The notes beneath the pieces are model-generated. The model had not been told where the DNA came from, made no database searches, and saw nothing but the letters and a program-made list of their open reading frames with translations. Made by a program: the position numbers and the translations under genes. Shown here one piece after another: positions 37,059 through 47,160 of a stretch of DNA of 64,000 bases. Source of the stretch: a virus. Its lineage: Duplodnaviria; Heunggongvirae; Uroviricota; Caudoviricetes. Within the stretch, counting starts at the first letter, position 1; each line of letters starts with the position of its first letter. The stretch spans positions 1 to 64,000 of the IMG/VR virus record IMGVR_UViG_3300042876_000208. One strand, written 5' to 3'.

Positions 37059-38012
37059 TTATCTCCTTAGTTCTACTTGCGTCTGATAACCTGAGTTATT
37101 TAGTGTGTGACTTACTGAATAAATATACCAATCACCCGAAACACCTAGAGATGTGTTTACTACTGTAGCTACTTGTCTAGGTTGAATAAGTGGATTGCCT
37201 ATCATTGTTAGTGAAACACTCTCGGTAAGTTTATTCAATAACTCTAAGTTATAATCTGCTGATTGCTGTGCCATTCCTTGATTATCAAATACCGTGGGTG
37301 CAGCCACCACAACGGATTTATAAAATCCACCTGGTAGATAAGGTGATACGGCAGATGCTTCTGCATGTATACCTTCTGCACCATAAACTACCACTCTGTT
37401 TCTCAAATCCTTATCCGTTTTGGAATAAGCCATTGAAATAGAATTGCTCGTTGTAATAGTTCCTATAGATACATCTCCGGGAACTACGTAAGGTAATCTT
37501 CTAGTAAAATGTATTTGACCATTTAAATCTGCATAAATATTATATGAAAGAATATCACAAATGAATCTTGCATAATCATATGAACTAGTTAAGTTTACAT
37601 CAAACGAGTTATTTATGCCAAAAGTAAATAGTGTAGAATCTCCTACATAGTTAGTTAATCCGGCTTGAGACAGAACATTTCCCACCAGTGTTTCGGCTTT
37701 AATATTCTTATAATTCAATGGTGCATCTGGATTACTTGCAGCAATAAAATAATCCATTGCTCTTACAAGCACATCACTAGCAGTAATAGAATAAGTCTTT
37801 GTAGGTTCTTTTAGTTCGATATACTTAACATAGCCACTAAATACTTTTAAGTGATTGTCCGTGTAACCCAAATCTAATTCCACATAGCTACCTATATCCA
37901 AAGTAGTATTAATAGCCTCAATTTGAGCTACAGCGGTTTGGGCAGTATGACTATTATTTACTTGGGCGCTTATTATGCCCGTTGTATTGGTAGCACTAGC
38001 ATATAATTTCAT
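37059..38012 (-). CDS. minor tail protein
   Basis: 317 aa, position after tape measure (lambda L/K-like slot). Confidence 0.4.
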   Translation of the reverse strand: MKLYASATNTTGIISAQVNNSHTAQTAVAQIEAINTTLDIGSYVELDLGYTDNHLKVFSGYVKYIELKEPTKTYSITASDVLVRAMDYFIAASNPDAPLNYKNIKAETLVGNVLSQAGLTNYVGDSTLFTFGINNSFDVNLTSSYDYARFICDILSYNIYADLNGQIHFTRRLPYVVPGDVSIGTITTSNSISMAYSKTDKDLRNRVVVYGAEGIHAEASAVSPYLPGGFYKSVVVAAPTVFDNQGMAQQSADYNLELLNKLTESVSLTMIGNPLIQPRQVATVVNTSLGVSGDWYIYSVSHTLNNSGYQTQVELRR

Positions 38013-38389
38013 GGTATTAAGAAGTATCCGCTTGCTGGAATCAAATCTAAGTCAACATTGTAAACCGGAGCATAACAACTCAAATCGGGACGCATTGTCT
38101 GCATAACCACTTGAATTCTAGAATATTTTACATCTTTTACATAAAAGTCACCAACTACTCCCTCCGGTGAAGTTAATTGGTAAGTTAAGCCAGTTTGTTT
38201 AGTTAGTAATAAAGAGGACATATCACCTGACCCAACTACTAATCCCCCTATTTGAGTTGTGTCTGATTCATATCCATATATTTGAACTACTGTTCCCCCG
38301 GCCAAGGGTTGTAGTAGAGGGAGAGTTTGTCTCCCTCCACCTGTTCTTTTATCAACGAAAATCCTAATTGAGTTGAGTCTCCAATCCAT
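38009..38389 (-). CDS. minor tail protein (lambda M-like slot)
   Basis: 126 aa immediately downstream of tape measure. Confidence 0.4.
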   Translation of the reverse strand: MDWRLNSIRIFVDKRTGGGRQTLPLLQPLAGGTVVQIYGYESDTTQIGGLVVGSGDMSSLLLTKQTGLTYQLTSPEGVVGDFYVKDVKYSRIQVVMQTMRPDLSCYAPVYNVDLDLIPASGYFLIP

Positions 38390-38399
38390 AATTTATCTC

Positions 38400-41300
38400 C
38401 TATACCGCAAAGTAAGCACTACTTGTGCTATTTGTAGAGGTTGCCTTAGACATATCAGAGGCCATGTACTGCTTTACGATACTAGCAAGTATTCTACCGT
38501 CTAGTGTCAAAGTTGTGTTAGAGGTAAATCTAACGTTTAAGTTTTGTGTGATAGTGTTATCAAGCTTGATAGGAGTTGTTCCTTTCATAGCGTCTTTTAG
38601 AGGTTGCTGAATCTTATCTAAGAAACTATCCTTTGATAAAGGCGCACCACCGCTTCTAGAGTCACCGATTAAGTCACGTCTATCACTGGTTGGTGTTCTT
38701 GGGCCAAGCGCTGGATTGGATAGCATATTGCTATAGAATGAATTTAACTCTTTTGCTCTTTGTTGTTCTGCAGTATCCGAGAGTGATTTGCTTCTTAGAG
38801 TTGGGCTTGTCAATAGACTTGTTAGATAGGATGTATTATCTATAGCCTTTGGTGTCATATTAGCTAAAGGTTGAGTACCAATGTATGGGCCTTCCCCGGT
38901 AGTAATACCAAATCCTTTTCCACCACCCGTATTTTGAGCGGCTCTTGTTTCTCTATCCATCTTAGCGGCTGCTAGGTTAACCCAGAAAGATGAACCCTCG
39001 GGCATGTTAAACATACCGTCAAGTTGTTTCTGTCCCTGGTCTACTAGTTTTTCAAGTAGCATAGCCAAAATCTTAAAGTCTGCCTTTAGAGGTTTAGCAA
39101 CGCCATCTTTTGCAATAGCAATTTGCTGTTCCGTAGTTCCGGTATAACCAAACTTTTGTTTCCATTGATTGTTTAGAGCGATTGATTGTTGTGCAGCTCT
39201 TTCTAGAGTTCCTCTATCAACGTCTTTGAATTGTTGGAAATCAACATTCTTTTGTTGAGCGGCTTGTAATTGCATACCAGCGGCCTCTAGGAATTTCTCA
39301 GCAATAGGAATAAACTTGGGGTCTAATCCTTCTACGGTTTCATAGAATAACTGAGCGCCTTGTTGAATTGGGAAAGCGGCTTTCTCGAATGTAGCTTCTA
39401 GAGCTGAGATTTGTCTCTCAGATAGATTTCCACCTGCTTCACTTCTATAGTACCCTCTTTGAAGATTCTTAGTTTGATTTATAATGCTTGTTACGGCACT
39501 CTGAGTGAATGGATTGGATACGTCGCCTTGAATTTGTGCTTGAGGAGTTCTAGCTAGGCTTACTTGAACTGATTGTTGCTCTACTTGACTTTGTAGTGAA
39601 CCTTTTAGAATATCCATTTGGTCTTGTAGTTCTTTCTTCTTAGCGGGGTCAGTTGCACTAGCTATAGCATCCGTTAATGTTAGAATATTTTCAGCAAGTG
39701 TTGTGATTGGTTGTGTAGCCTCGGTAGCACCATAAGTCATTACATCAAATAATTCCTTGATTTTATCTGGACTTAATTCCCCACCCAAAGCGGCTATAAT
39801 TGGTTGTAAGATTGTATCAGCATTTGCTGCCATTGTTGTTTTACTTGCGTAATCGGATGGCTTAATCTTGCCTAATTTGCTTTGGTTAGCCAAATCTTGC
39901 ATAGCACTTGAGGTTATTTGCTCAATGACCGCACTATATTTTTTATCAGCGGCGGCTTTTTGTTTTGTAGCAAGAGACTCACCAGTATCACCAGCGTTCT
40001 CGGCTTGTGTCTTTAGATTTAAATATTGATTCTTTAGGCTATCGTTTGCTGATACACCAAATGCTGCTTCACCCGCACTTATCTCACCATATGTTTTACC
40101 CGTCTTGGCTCTTTCCAGTGCTGATTTTAAATCTATTCCTTGACTCTGGAAAACTTTCTCTGTGTTAAGTCCCTTTATAGAATCAAAGAAACTTTTGATT
40201 CCCTCTGTATCACCAGAAGTTATTTTTGCGTTTAGTTCACCAATAGCTTTATTAGATAGATATGTTTCAATACTTGTAGTAATCTTTCCAACCTCTGAAA
40301 CTATTTTATCTGAAATATTCTTTAGTTCTTCTGCTCTTCCGGTTTTTGTATCTGTACCGTTATTGTTACTTATCTCGGTTAATTGTTTATTACCAATCTT
40401 CCATATATCAATTTCCGGTCTAGTTAGTGATATGAATACCTCGGCCATAGATGTACCGATTGTAGAACCAACCATAGCACCCATTGGGCCACCTACAAAG
40501 CTACCTACGATACCTCCGGCAATACCTCCACCAATATCAGCAAACGCTTTTTCTTTATCACCGGAAGCAAAATTGCTTGCAGCAGTAATTGCACTCGTAG
40601 CTAGACCAACTCCAGCACCAAATCCGGCTTTACCCAAGTTTCCAGCACTAGCACCACCTGTACCAATAAATTGTCCAAATCTCTGTGCTTGAGTATATCT
40701 AGGGTCTAAACCAGCCTGTGCTTCAAGAGAACCCGGTGTTCCACCTAATGCTCTGTATGCAAAGTCGGTAACGCCTTTTTCTATGGACATTCCATACATT
40801 GTTCTAGTTTCGGCAGGTTTTCTATAAAAAGCGATTAGAGCCGCTGTCATGGCTACAATCATTGGAGTAGCCTTACCAGTTCCACTAGTAATTAAGTCAA
40901 GAGCCTTGATAAAGAGTGTAGCACCGTTTGTAATTCCCTTAAAGGCATCTAATAAACCACCCTTAGTTCCAAGAGTTTGTGCAAGAGATTGGAAAGCATT
41001 GTTAAATCTATTTATGGCAGTTTGTGCTGTAGTTAGCTGTGTTTCCATAGCTTTAGCAGCCTCTCCACCTTGCGTAGACTTGCTTGCTTCCATGATTTGA
41101 CCATATCTATCAAAGTTAGATAGAACAGCAGATAAAGCAGCTTGGCCTCTTACACCTTGTCCGGCCACTAGAGTTAGATTAGAGAAATCATCTTTGGAAA
41201 TTAAACCTTTCTTTTTCATCTCATAAATTTCTTTAGAGATGTCAAGGAATCCTCTAGCCTTTCCTGTATAATCTTCAGTAGCGATACCTAATTGTCTTAA

Positions 41301-43715
41301 TGCTTCCTTAGCACCCGGAGTTTCATATGCAGTTACCAAACGTCTAGCAGAGTTAGCTGCTTCCTTACCACTTGCCAAACCAGTTTCTGCAACGGTAGCT
41401 ACAAGAGCATTTAGTTGGTCTACGTTTAAACCAGCCGCCTCAGCGGTATCGCCCATTACAGCGAAACCAGTTGCAAGTGTACCAATATCTACATTAGCTA
41501 CTTGTGAAGTTTTAACCCATTTATCTAGTAAAGATGAACCTTTATCTAGGTCAGTTCCGGTTTGTCTTAAGGCAGCTGATAGCGTATCAATAGCAGTAGA
41601 TTCGTCCATTCCTGCTAACTTAGCAAGGGTCATAGAGTCTGATAATAGCTTTTGAGCAGTAGCGAATCTTGTTGTTTCATCAGCACCCCCGCCCGTAGCT
41701 CTATATGCTTGAGTAAAGGCATCAATTGTTGTATTGATTTCCTCACCAGCTGCATTAGCGGCTTGTGCTGAGGCATTGAAAATATCAACTTGTGAAACAA
41801 AGGCATTATTAACTGCAACTGTAGCTGAAGCTAACTTTACCTCATTACTAATCATTAAGGTAGTAATCTCTCCAAGCTTTTGAATTGGGCCATAGATTAC
41901 TGCCATAGCAATAGACCACTTGGTTAATTCACCGATGTCTCTTACAACACTAGCACCAAATGTTCTAAAACGTCTGCCTACTTCTGGTAGAACATCCCCA
42001 GTCTCAGTAATTGTAGCATTAAATTTTTGAACAATCTTATATCCTTGTGAGAAATCATCTCTAGCAAAGGATACTAATCTTGTTCCTGCAGTTCCTTGTT
42101 GTTCAACTGATTTTACATCCTCGGCACTAAATCCACGTTGCTGGGCTTGAGATAGGATTGGATTTAATGTTGGGTCTTTCTTAACATTTTCAACGAAAGC
42201 AAGTCTTTCGGCTATTCTTGCTTGTTCTCTTGCTTCCTTTTCTCTAGCTTCAAGTGCTTGTTTAGCTTTGCGGTCGAATTCTTTTACCGCTCTTTGCTCT
42301 TCACGAATAGCTTTAGATTGGGCTTGTCTCCAGTCACGAAGAAATTCTGATGTTAAACCAGTTTCGGCATCAAACTTTTCATTGATACCAACCTGGTCTG
42401 AGGTAACCTTAACACCGGGTTCTGTTTGAAATTTTCTTAGTTTCAAACTACCATTTATATTGCTACCTACAAGTCCGGTAGCAGGTGTTTCCAACTTGGA
42501 CATTTGAGCAGTTAAAGCGGCTATAATTCTTTCAGCGGCTAAACCTTCCACACCCATCTTGGCTAGAGCGGCTTGTACATTTGTTATAGATAATGCTAAT
42601 CTTTCAGCGGCGGCAGATTCTTGATTAAAAGCTTGAGGATTTGGCTGGTCAGGATTTATAACTCTATCATCACCAGTAGAAATATAATTTCCAGTGTTGC
42701 GAGAACGTCTTTCTATACCACCGCTAGCTAGATAATTTGGGTCGTTCTTTATACGTCTATCTTGTATTGCTTTTTGTATTGCAGGACTTCCAGCAATTAA
42801 AGCATCTACTTGTGCTACTTGTGATGCAGAACTTGAAGCAGCTTCTTGCATCTTTCTAACTTCCTCACCAAATAACTTTTCCTGCTCAGTAGCTTTATTT
42901 ATTTCGGTGGAAAGTCTTTCGTAAAAACTAGTAACCTCTTTTAGATTATTCTTTACGGTTTCTAGTTCAGAACCAATAGCGCTCTTTTGCTCAGGAGTTT
43001 GTGCTTTCTTTAATTCCTGAGTTAACTGCTTCTTTTCAAACTTAAGAGACTCAATGGCTCTCTTTGTAATATCAAGAGTTTGTTGAGGATTTCCTACGGA
43101 TTCTTTTAGATTCTTGAGATATTGTTCGTCATCAAAAAGGGGTGGGGTACTTTTAGGAGCTGCTGGAGTCTTAACTTGTCTATTTAGACCGTAAGTTTTT
43201 GCCTTTGCATCACCATTCTTTTTAACCGCCTCGGTTTCAGTATTAATAGCTTCAACCGTCTTAGTAGTTGCTACCTGCAAATTCTTTTGAGACTCAGCAT
43301 CCTTGGCTAAGTTCTCTTGCATAGTTTTAAGAGAGTTGGTGAAGTCCGCAATCTTTCTTACGTCTAATTTCTCCACTGCACCAGCACCACCTAGCTTAAC
43401 ACCACCGATGGCTTTACCTAGGTACTTATCAAGATTAGCTTGATATTGCTCAATGCTTCTCTTAATATCCTCTAGCATCCTTGAAGATGATTGAACCATC
43501 GTTGATGGAACGTTACCACTTTCTTTTGCAACAGCCTTTAGTTCCTTGAGTGAATTCTCAAGAGTCTTAGCCTCGCTAATAGCAGTACCGATAGCTCCGC
43601 TCATCTTTTCTAGGAACTTTAAAGTAATTGGGTCAGTAGTAGTACCAGACGCTAGCTTAGAAAGTTCTTTATTAATATTTTGTAAATCCGAGGCTAATGA
43701 TTTTAATGTTGCCAT
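38400..43715 (-). CDS. tail tape measure protein
   Basis: 1771 aa, Ala/Gln/Lys-rich coiled coils, Gly-rich hydrophobic segment (GGIAGGIVGSFVGGPMGAMVGSTIG), preceded by G/GT chaperone pair. Confidence 0.8.
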   Translation of the reverse strand: MATLKSLASDLQNINKELSKLASGTTTDPITLKFLEKMSGAIGTAISEAKTLENSLKELKAVAKESGNVPSTMVQSSSRMLEDIKRSIEQYQANLDKYLGKAIGGVKLGGAGAVEKLDVRKIADFTNSLKTMQENLAKDAESQKNLQVATTKTVEAINTETEAVKKNGDAKAKTYGLNRQVKTPAAPKSTPPLFDDEQYLKNLKESVGNPQQTLDITKRAIESLKFEKKQLTQELKKAQTPEQKSAIGSELETVKNNLKEVTSFYERLSTEINKATEQEKLFGEEVRKMQEAASSSASQVAQVDALIAGSPAIQKAIQDRRIKNDPNYLASGGIERRSRNTGNYISTGDDRVINPDQPNPQAFNQESAAAERLALSITNVQAALAKMGVEGLAAERIIAALTAQMSKLETPATGLVGSNINGSLKLRKFQTEPGVKVTSDQVGINEKFDAETGLTSEFLRDWRQAQSKAIREEQRAVKEFDRKAKQALEAREKEAREQARIAERLAFVENVKKDPTLNPILSQAQQRGFSAEDVKSVEQQGTAGTRLVSFARDDFSQGYKIVQKFNATITETGDVLPEVGRRFRTFGASVVRDIGELTKWSIAMAVIYGPIQKLGEITTLMISNEVKLASATVAVNNAFVSQVDIFNASAQAANAAGEEINTTIDAFTQAYRATGGGADETTRFATAQKLLSDSMTLAKLAGMDESTAIDTLSAALRQTGTDLDKGSSLLDKWVKTSQVANVDIGTLATGFAVMGDTAEAAGLNVDQLNALVATVAETGLASGKEAANSARRLVTAYETPGAKEALRQLGIATEDYTGKARGFLDISKEIYEMKKKGLISKDDFSNLTLVAGQGVRGQAALSAVLSNFDRYGQIMEASKSTQGGEAAKAMETQLTTAQTAINRFNNAFQSLAQTLGTKGGLLDAFKGITNGATLFIKALDLITSGTGKATPMIVAMTAALIAFYRKPAETRTMYGMSIEKGVTDFAYRALGGTPGSLEAQAGLDPRYTQAQRFGQFIGTGGASAGNLGKAGFGAGVGLATSAITAASNFASGDKEKAFADIGGGIAGGIVGSFVGGPMGAMVGSTIGTSMAEVFISLTRPEIDIWKIGNKQLTEISNNNGTDTKTGRAEELKNISDKIVSEVGKITTSIETYLSNKAIGELNAKITSGDTEGIKSFFDSIKGLNTEKVFQSQGIDLKSALERAKTGKTYGEISAGEAAFGVSANDSLKNQYLNLKTQAENAGDTGESLATKQKAAADKKYSAVIEQITSSAMQDLANQSKLGKIKPSDYASKTTMAANADTILQPIIAALGGELSPDKIKELFDVMTYGATEATQPITTLAENILTLTDAIASATDPAKKKELQDQMDILKGSLQSQVEQQSVQVSLARTPQAQIQGDVSNPFTQSAVTSIINQTKNLQRGYYRSEAGGNLSERQISALEATFEKAAFPIQQGAQLFYETVEGLDPKFIPIAEKFLEAAGMQLQAAQQKNVDFQQFKDVDRGTLERAAQQSIALNNQWKQKFGYTGTTEQQIAIAKDGVAKPLKADFKILAMLLEKLVDQGQKQLDGMFNMPEGSSFWVNLAAAKMDRETRAAQNTGGGKGFGITTGEGPYIGTQPLANMTPKAIDNTSYLTSLLTSPTLRSKSLSDTAEQQRAKELNSFYSNMLSNPALGPRTPTSDRRDLIGDSRSGGAPLSKDSFLDKIQQPLKDAMKGTTPIKLDNTITQNLNVRFTSNTTLTLDGRILASIVKQYMASDMSKATSTNSTSSAYFAV

Positions 43716-43720
43716 TTAGT

Positions 43721-43984
43721 TTATTCCTCAATATCTGTAATCAAAATATCTACAGTATCTTTTTCATCGGGATTCTTGAATACTCGCTCAAGCCAGTCGT
43801 CAAGTTCATCTGAATTTCCATCCCAAATTAATTTATCGGGAGGACGCTTGTCTTTGGGTAGTTCATTAAAGTTATCTATTTGTTGTCTCTTTCTAATAGT
43901 ATAACTTATTGTATATGGTATATCAGTCAATTCAGTGATATTTGAATCTATTGGGATTCGCAACGCCTTTGCAATTGACCACAA
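43721..43984 (-). CDS. T segment of tail assembly chaperone GT (frameshift extension)
   Basis: No ATG (TTG in the track); in -1 frame relative to 43990..44718; -1 reading from the A7 run gives ...KKIAGSNAINSLWSIAK matching this ORF. Confidence 0.5.
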   Translation of the reverse strand: MWSIAKALRIPIDSNITELTDIPYTISYTIRKRQQIDNFNELPKDKRPPDKLIWDGNSDELDDWLERVFKNPDEKDTVDILITDIEE

Positions 43985-43989
43985 AGAAT

Positions 43990-44718
43990 TTATCGCGTTG
44001 CTACCAGCAATTTTTTTAGTTCGTCTGGATTTATATCTAGAGATTCATAAGCGGCCATAAATTGTTCTTTAAGTCCGGTTTCTAGATTATCAAACTCATC
44101 AAAGGATTCAAAATATCTTGTTTTGAAATGTTCGTCCTTGAATGTACCATAATAGGTACACATAGCCTTAAAGTAACTATACATTTCAATTTCACAAAGT
44201 TCATTTATAAAGTAATCTACGTATAAATCAAATAATTCATCGTAGGGTAACTTTTCATATTCTTTTATAAGTGTATCAACTTTAGCGGAAATATACTCTT
44301 TCAAAGCTTTATCTAGCTTTGCAGGATATTCATCCACCTGCTGTTGATAACGTTCTTGTTGCTCGGTTGTAGCATCGGCTTTTGGTTCTTTAGGCAAAGG
44401 CACATTTACATTCTTTGCTGCTTCTCTAGCAAAATCTTTAGAGATTAGCAAAGCACATGCCGAAACTAATCTTTCTTTTTCAACCGCACCCCTTTCCGGC
44501 ACAAAGGCGATTCTTTCATCAGAACCCTCTGTCTTTAATGCCTTTCTTTTTTCGGCGCTTTTTCTAAGAGCAAATACTCTAGCTCTATTCAAATCAGCAT
44601 CACCAATTAAACGCATATAAAGCGTTTCAACAACTTCATCTTTATTATTTCTAACTTCAAAAGCCTTGCCCCATGAGAACAAAGGCTTTAAATCCACATC
44701 ATTCTTCTCTGCTTGCAT
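43990..44718 (-). CDS. tail assembly chaperone (G-like)
   Basis: 242 aa, acidic, directly upstream of tape measure; slippery heptamer A_AAA_AAA about 20 nt before its stop. Confidence 0.55.
   Translation of the reverse strand: MQAEKNDVDLKPLFSWGKAFEVRNNKDEVVETLYMRLIGDADLNRARVFALRKSAEKRKALKTEGSDERIAFVPERGAVEKERLVSACALLISKDFAREAAKNVNVPLPKEPKADATTEQQERYQQQVDEYPAKLDKALKEYISAKVDTLIKEYEKLPYDELFDLYVDYFINELCEIEMYSYFKAMCTYYGTFKDEHFKTRYFESFDEFDNLETGLKEQFMAAYESLDINPDELKKLLVATR
44011..44017 (-). promoter_or_regulatory. programmed -1 ribosomal frameshift slippery site A_AAA_AAA
   Basis: Seven A on minus strand in X_XXY_YYZ register of the G frame. Confidence 0.5.
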
Positions 44719-44737
44719 TTTATTTTCTCCTAATACC

Positions 44738-44797
44738 TAATAAACAAAAAGGGACTGTAAAATAAGCTTATCTAGAAACTAGAAAGATATAATACAG
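44738..44797 (-). terminator. terminator hairpin after major tail protein gene
   Basis: aaagggactgta ... tacagtcccttt (12-bp stem, long loop with inner tctag/ctaga hairpin); U-rich on minus transcript. Confidence 0.5.
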
Positions 44798-44846
44798 TCC
44801 CTTTTGTCTTACTCCTTGAATTACCGACTTAAACTAAATTGTAATT

Positions 44847-46034
44847 TTAGAAACTACCGCTGTAAACTACAACGTTAGAGTCCGTGCTTCTAAAGTTAAA
44901 TGTCTGAGTTGCATTGTTGTTAACGTTGCTTGTGAAAGCGTCGCCAACTACTGTGATGCTTGGTAGATAGACAGTCTTTAGAACTACTTCTGGTGACTCT
45001 GGGCCACAAGGGTCTACCAATCTAATCTTTAGTGGCAAACCGGATGTTACGCATCCTTCGCCAGGAGTCCACTCAATACCAGACCCTACTACACCATAGG
45101 TTAGTAGAGAAATCAAGTCGGTATCTGTGTCAAGAACTGTGATAGTTCCTTCTACTGTTGGAACTTGTTTCTGGTAACCAACAATATTTCTATTGCCTAG
45201 TTCCTTTACGGGTTGAGTGTTTAAGTTACCATTGATTGTTACAGATTGTACTCTAGAAATCTCGCCAGCTGAGATTAGGATATTTACATCCTTGCCTCTA
45301 ATAGCGGCGGGGCCTGCTGCTGCGTCACTTACGTCAGACCAAGTTGCACCTGAGTTGGCGTTGTAAACAACAAGAAGTTGAGCGGATACTGTATCAAAAA
45401 CGGTAAGAGTTGTACCAACGATTTTATATTCGCCAGTAGCGGGTGTTCCAGTAACCTCGGTTAGATAACCACCATCTAATCTTACGGATAGTGCTTTCTT
45501 ACCATTGGCTAGCTGAATGGGTGTTTGTGAAAGTGTAAAGGTTGGGCCAGCAGTAACAAATTTGTCTACTACTACATCATACTTGAACCATCTCTTTTCA
45601 GAGCCGATTGCTGTGTATTCTTCTGTAGAGTCACCATCAACTGAATAGTTGAATGAAAAATCTCTAACCTGAAGTCTGCGAGCATGACCAGTCTTAACAT
45701 AAGAGTTAACAACTGAATCTTTTACTTTCAAAATGGCATCCATTTCACCCAAGTCAGAGATTGACTTTCCACCAGCTGGATAAGAAGCAGGGTCTGCCCC
45801 GGTCAATGCCGCAAATGTCTTGATTCCTACATCAAATGCTTGGAATGTAAGAGTGATGTTTGGGGTATCTTTTGACTGGCCGACGTGTAATGGATTACCT
45901 AGTTCATCCTTATCTTCAACTGGAATATCCGTAGTCAAAGTCACTCTCTGGACACGAGATGCCTTAAAAGCATCTCTAGCTCCTACAACGGTTAGTTGTA
46001 GTTCCTTTGAGGGTATAGCTAATTTTTTTGCCAT
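44847..46034 (-). CDS. major tail protein
   Basis: 395 aa, Thr/Val/Gly-rich beta composition, followed by terminator and upstream of the chaperones. Confidence 0.5.
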   Translation of the reverse strand: MAKKLAIPSKELQLTVVGARDAFKASRVQRVTLTTDIPVEDKDELGNPLHVGQSKDTPNITLTFQAFDVGIKTFAALTGADPASYPAGGKSISDLGEMDAILKVKDSVVNSYVKTGHARRLQVRDFSFNYSVDGDSTEEYTAIGSEKRWFKYDVVVDKFVTAGPTFTLSQTPIQLANGKKALSVRLDGGYLTEVTGTPATGEYKIVGTTLTVFDTVSAQLLVVYNANSGATWSDVSDAAAGPAAIRGKDVNILISAGEISRVQSVTINGNLNTQPVKELGNRNIVGYQKQVPTVEGTITVLDTDTDLISLLTYGVVGSGIEWTPGEGCVTSGLPLKIRLVDPCGPESPEVVLKTVYLPSITVVGDAFTSNVNNNATQTFNFRSTDSNVVVYSGSF

Positions 46035-46049
46035 GTAATCTCCTCCAAT

Positions 46050-46499
46050 TTATACTGTATCATTGTTGGCTACAATTGTTATTGTAGAACGATAATACAA
46101 TTTATCTACAAGTTCGGGCATGATTCTAACAGGGGTTAGTTCTCTTTGATACACATCCAGATGTTCTATCTGGGGTATACCAGACGCTGGTGGAAATCCT
46201 ACATTATAATCATAAATTGGAATTCCTCTATCAAATGAATTTAATATCCTATATCCAAATTCATCCCGTTGTGCTTTGTTTAGTGCATATATATCTATAT
46301 ACCATTTTCTGATTCGCAATCCCTTACTATTTCCTAACTCATAGTCTTCTAGACGTAAAGGCCCAGCGTTAACTGAAATTGAGGGGATTACCAAATTGTC
46401 CGTGGGATAGTCATCGGTAATCGGTAAACCGGAAACATCGGTAAATAGAGATTTAATAAAGTAATTTACAGAAAGGTCTTCTAGGCGCTCGATGTACAA
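46050..46499 (-). CDS. tail completion/terminator protein (positional)
   Basis: 149 aa directly upstream of major tail gene. Confidence 0.35.
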   Translation of the reverse strand: MYIERLEDLSVNYFIKSLFTDVSGLPITDDYPTDNLVIPSISVNAGPLRLEDYELGNSKGLRIRKWYIDIYALNKAQRDEFGYRILNSFDRGIPIYDYNVGFPPASGIPQIEHLDVYQRELTPVRIMPELVDKLYYRSTITIVANNDTV

Positions 46500-46559
46500 A
46501 TCAACCTCCTTTAGGAAAAATTTAAAGGATTTGGTAGATTGTTTTCTTTAACATAGCAA

Positions 46560-47160
46560 TCATAAGCTATAGCAGCATCAACTTCCTTAGCAAATCTTCC
46601 TAGATAGATTCTTTTTTTTTTAATATATTAAGTTGACTTTCCCATTGTCCAGTAGCTTTGAAAAAACAGACCCCAAAATATTTTGAAGTCGCATTTTTAT
46701 TCTTTTTTCCAAAAGCCCCGCACTCTGTATTTATTTTTCCCAAATGAGAAAGTGACATTTTTAGTTTTTCTTCTTTAGTATGCTTTCTACCGGTATTTTT
46801 TATGGATAGTTTAATTCTAGTTTCTTTAGAAACTTTTCTATTTAAGTTTCCTTCACCACCCATGGTAAGATTAAATCCAGTATTAAAAGTATTTAATTTT
46901 TGTATCCAAAATCTTTCTCTACGGCTTAACAATGAGTTTTCACATTGCTCTAGTATATAGAAGTTAAATTCTGCAATGCCGTATTTATTCCAAGAATTTT
47001 GAAGATATTTATTTTGATGACGATTTTGATTTAAGCATATAATATGACGATTCCATCGTTTTTGTATATTTATACTTTTTCCAACATATTTTTTATCAGT
47101 AATCTTGTTTTCTATGCAATAGATTCCAGATATTTTCTCTGAGGACATAGCCATATTATT
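46560..47160 (-). mobile_element. free-standing homing endonuclease gene insertion
   Basis: Selfish HEG between tail genes, lower GC than flanks. Confidence 0.5.
46600..47154 (-). CDS. GIY-YIG homing endonuclease (I-TevI/Seg-like)
   Basis: GIYCIENKITDKKYVGKS...KRWNRH...ERFWIQKLNT...GFN matches the GIY-YIG catalytic module; AT-rich; interrupts the tail gene array. Confidence 0.75.
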   Translation of the reverse strand: MAMSSEKISGIYCIENKITDKKYVGKSINIQKRWNRHIICLNQNRHQNKYLQNSWNKYGIAEFNFYILEQCENSLLSRRERFWIQKLNTFNTGFNLTMGGEGNLNRKVSKETRIKLSIKNTGRKHTKEEKLKMSLSHLGKINTECGAFGKKNKNATSKYFGVCFFKATGQWESQLNILKKKESI

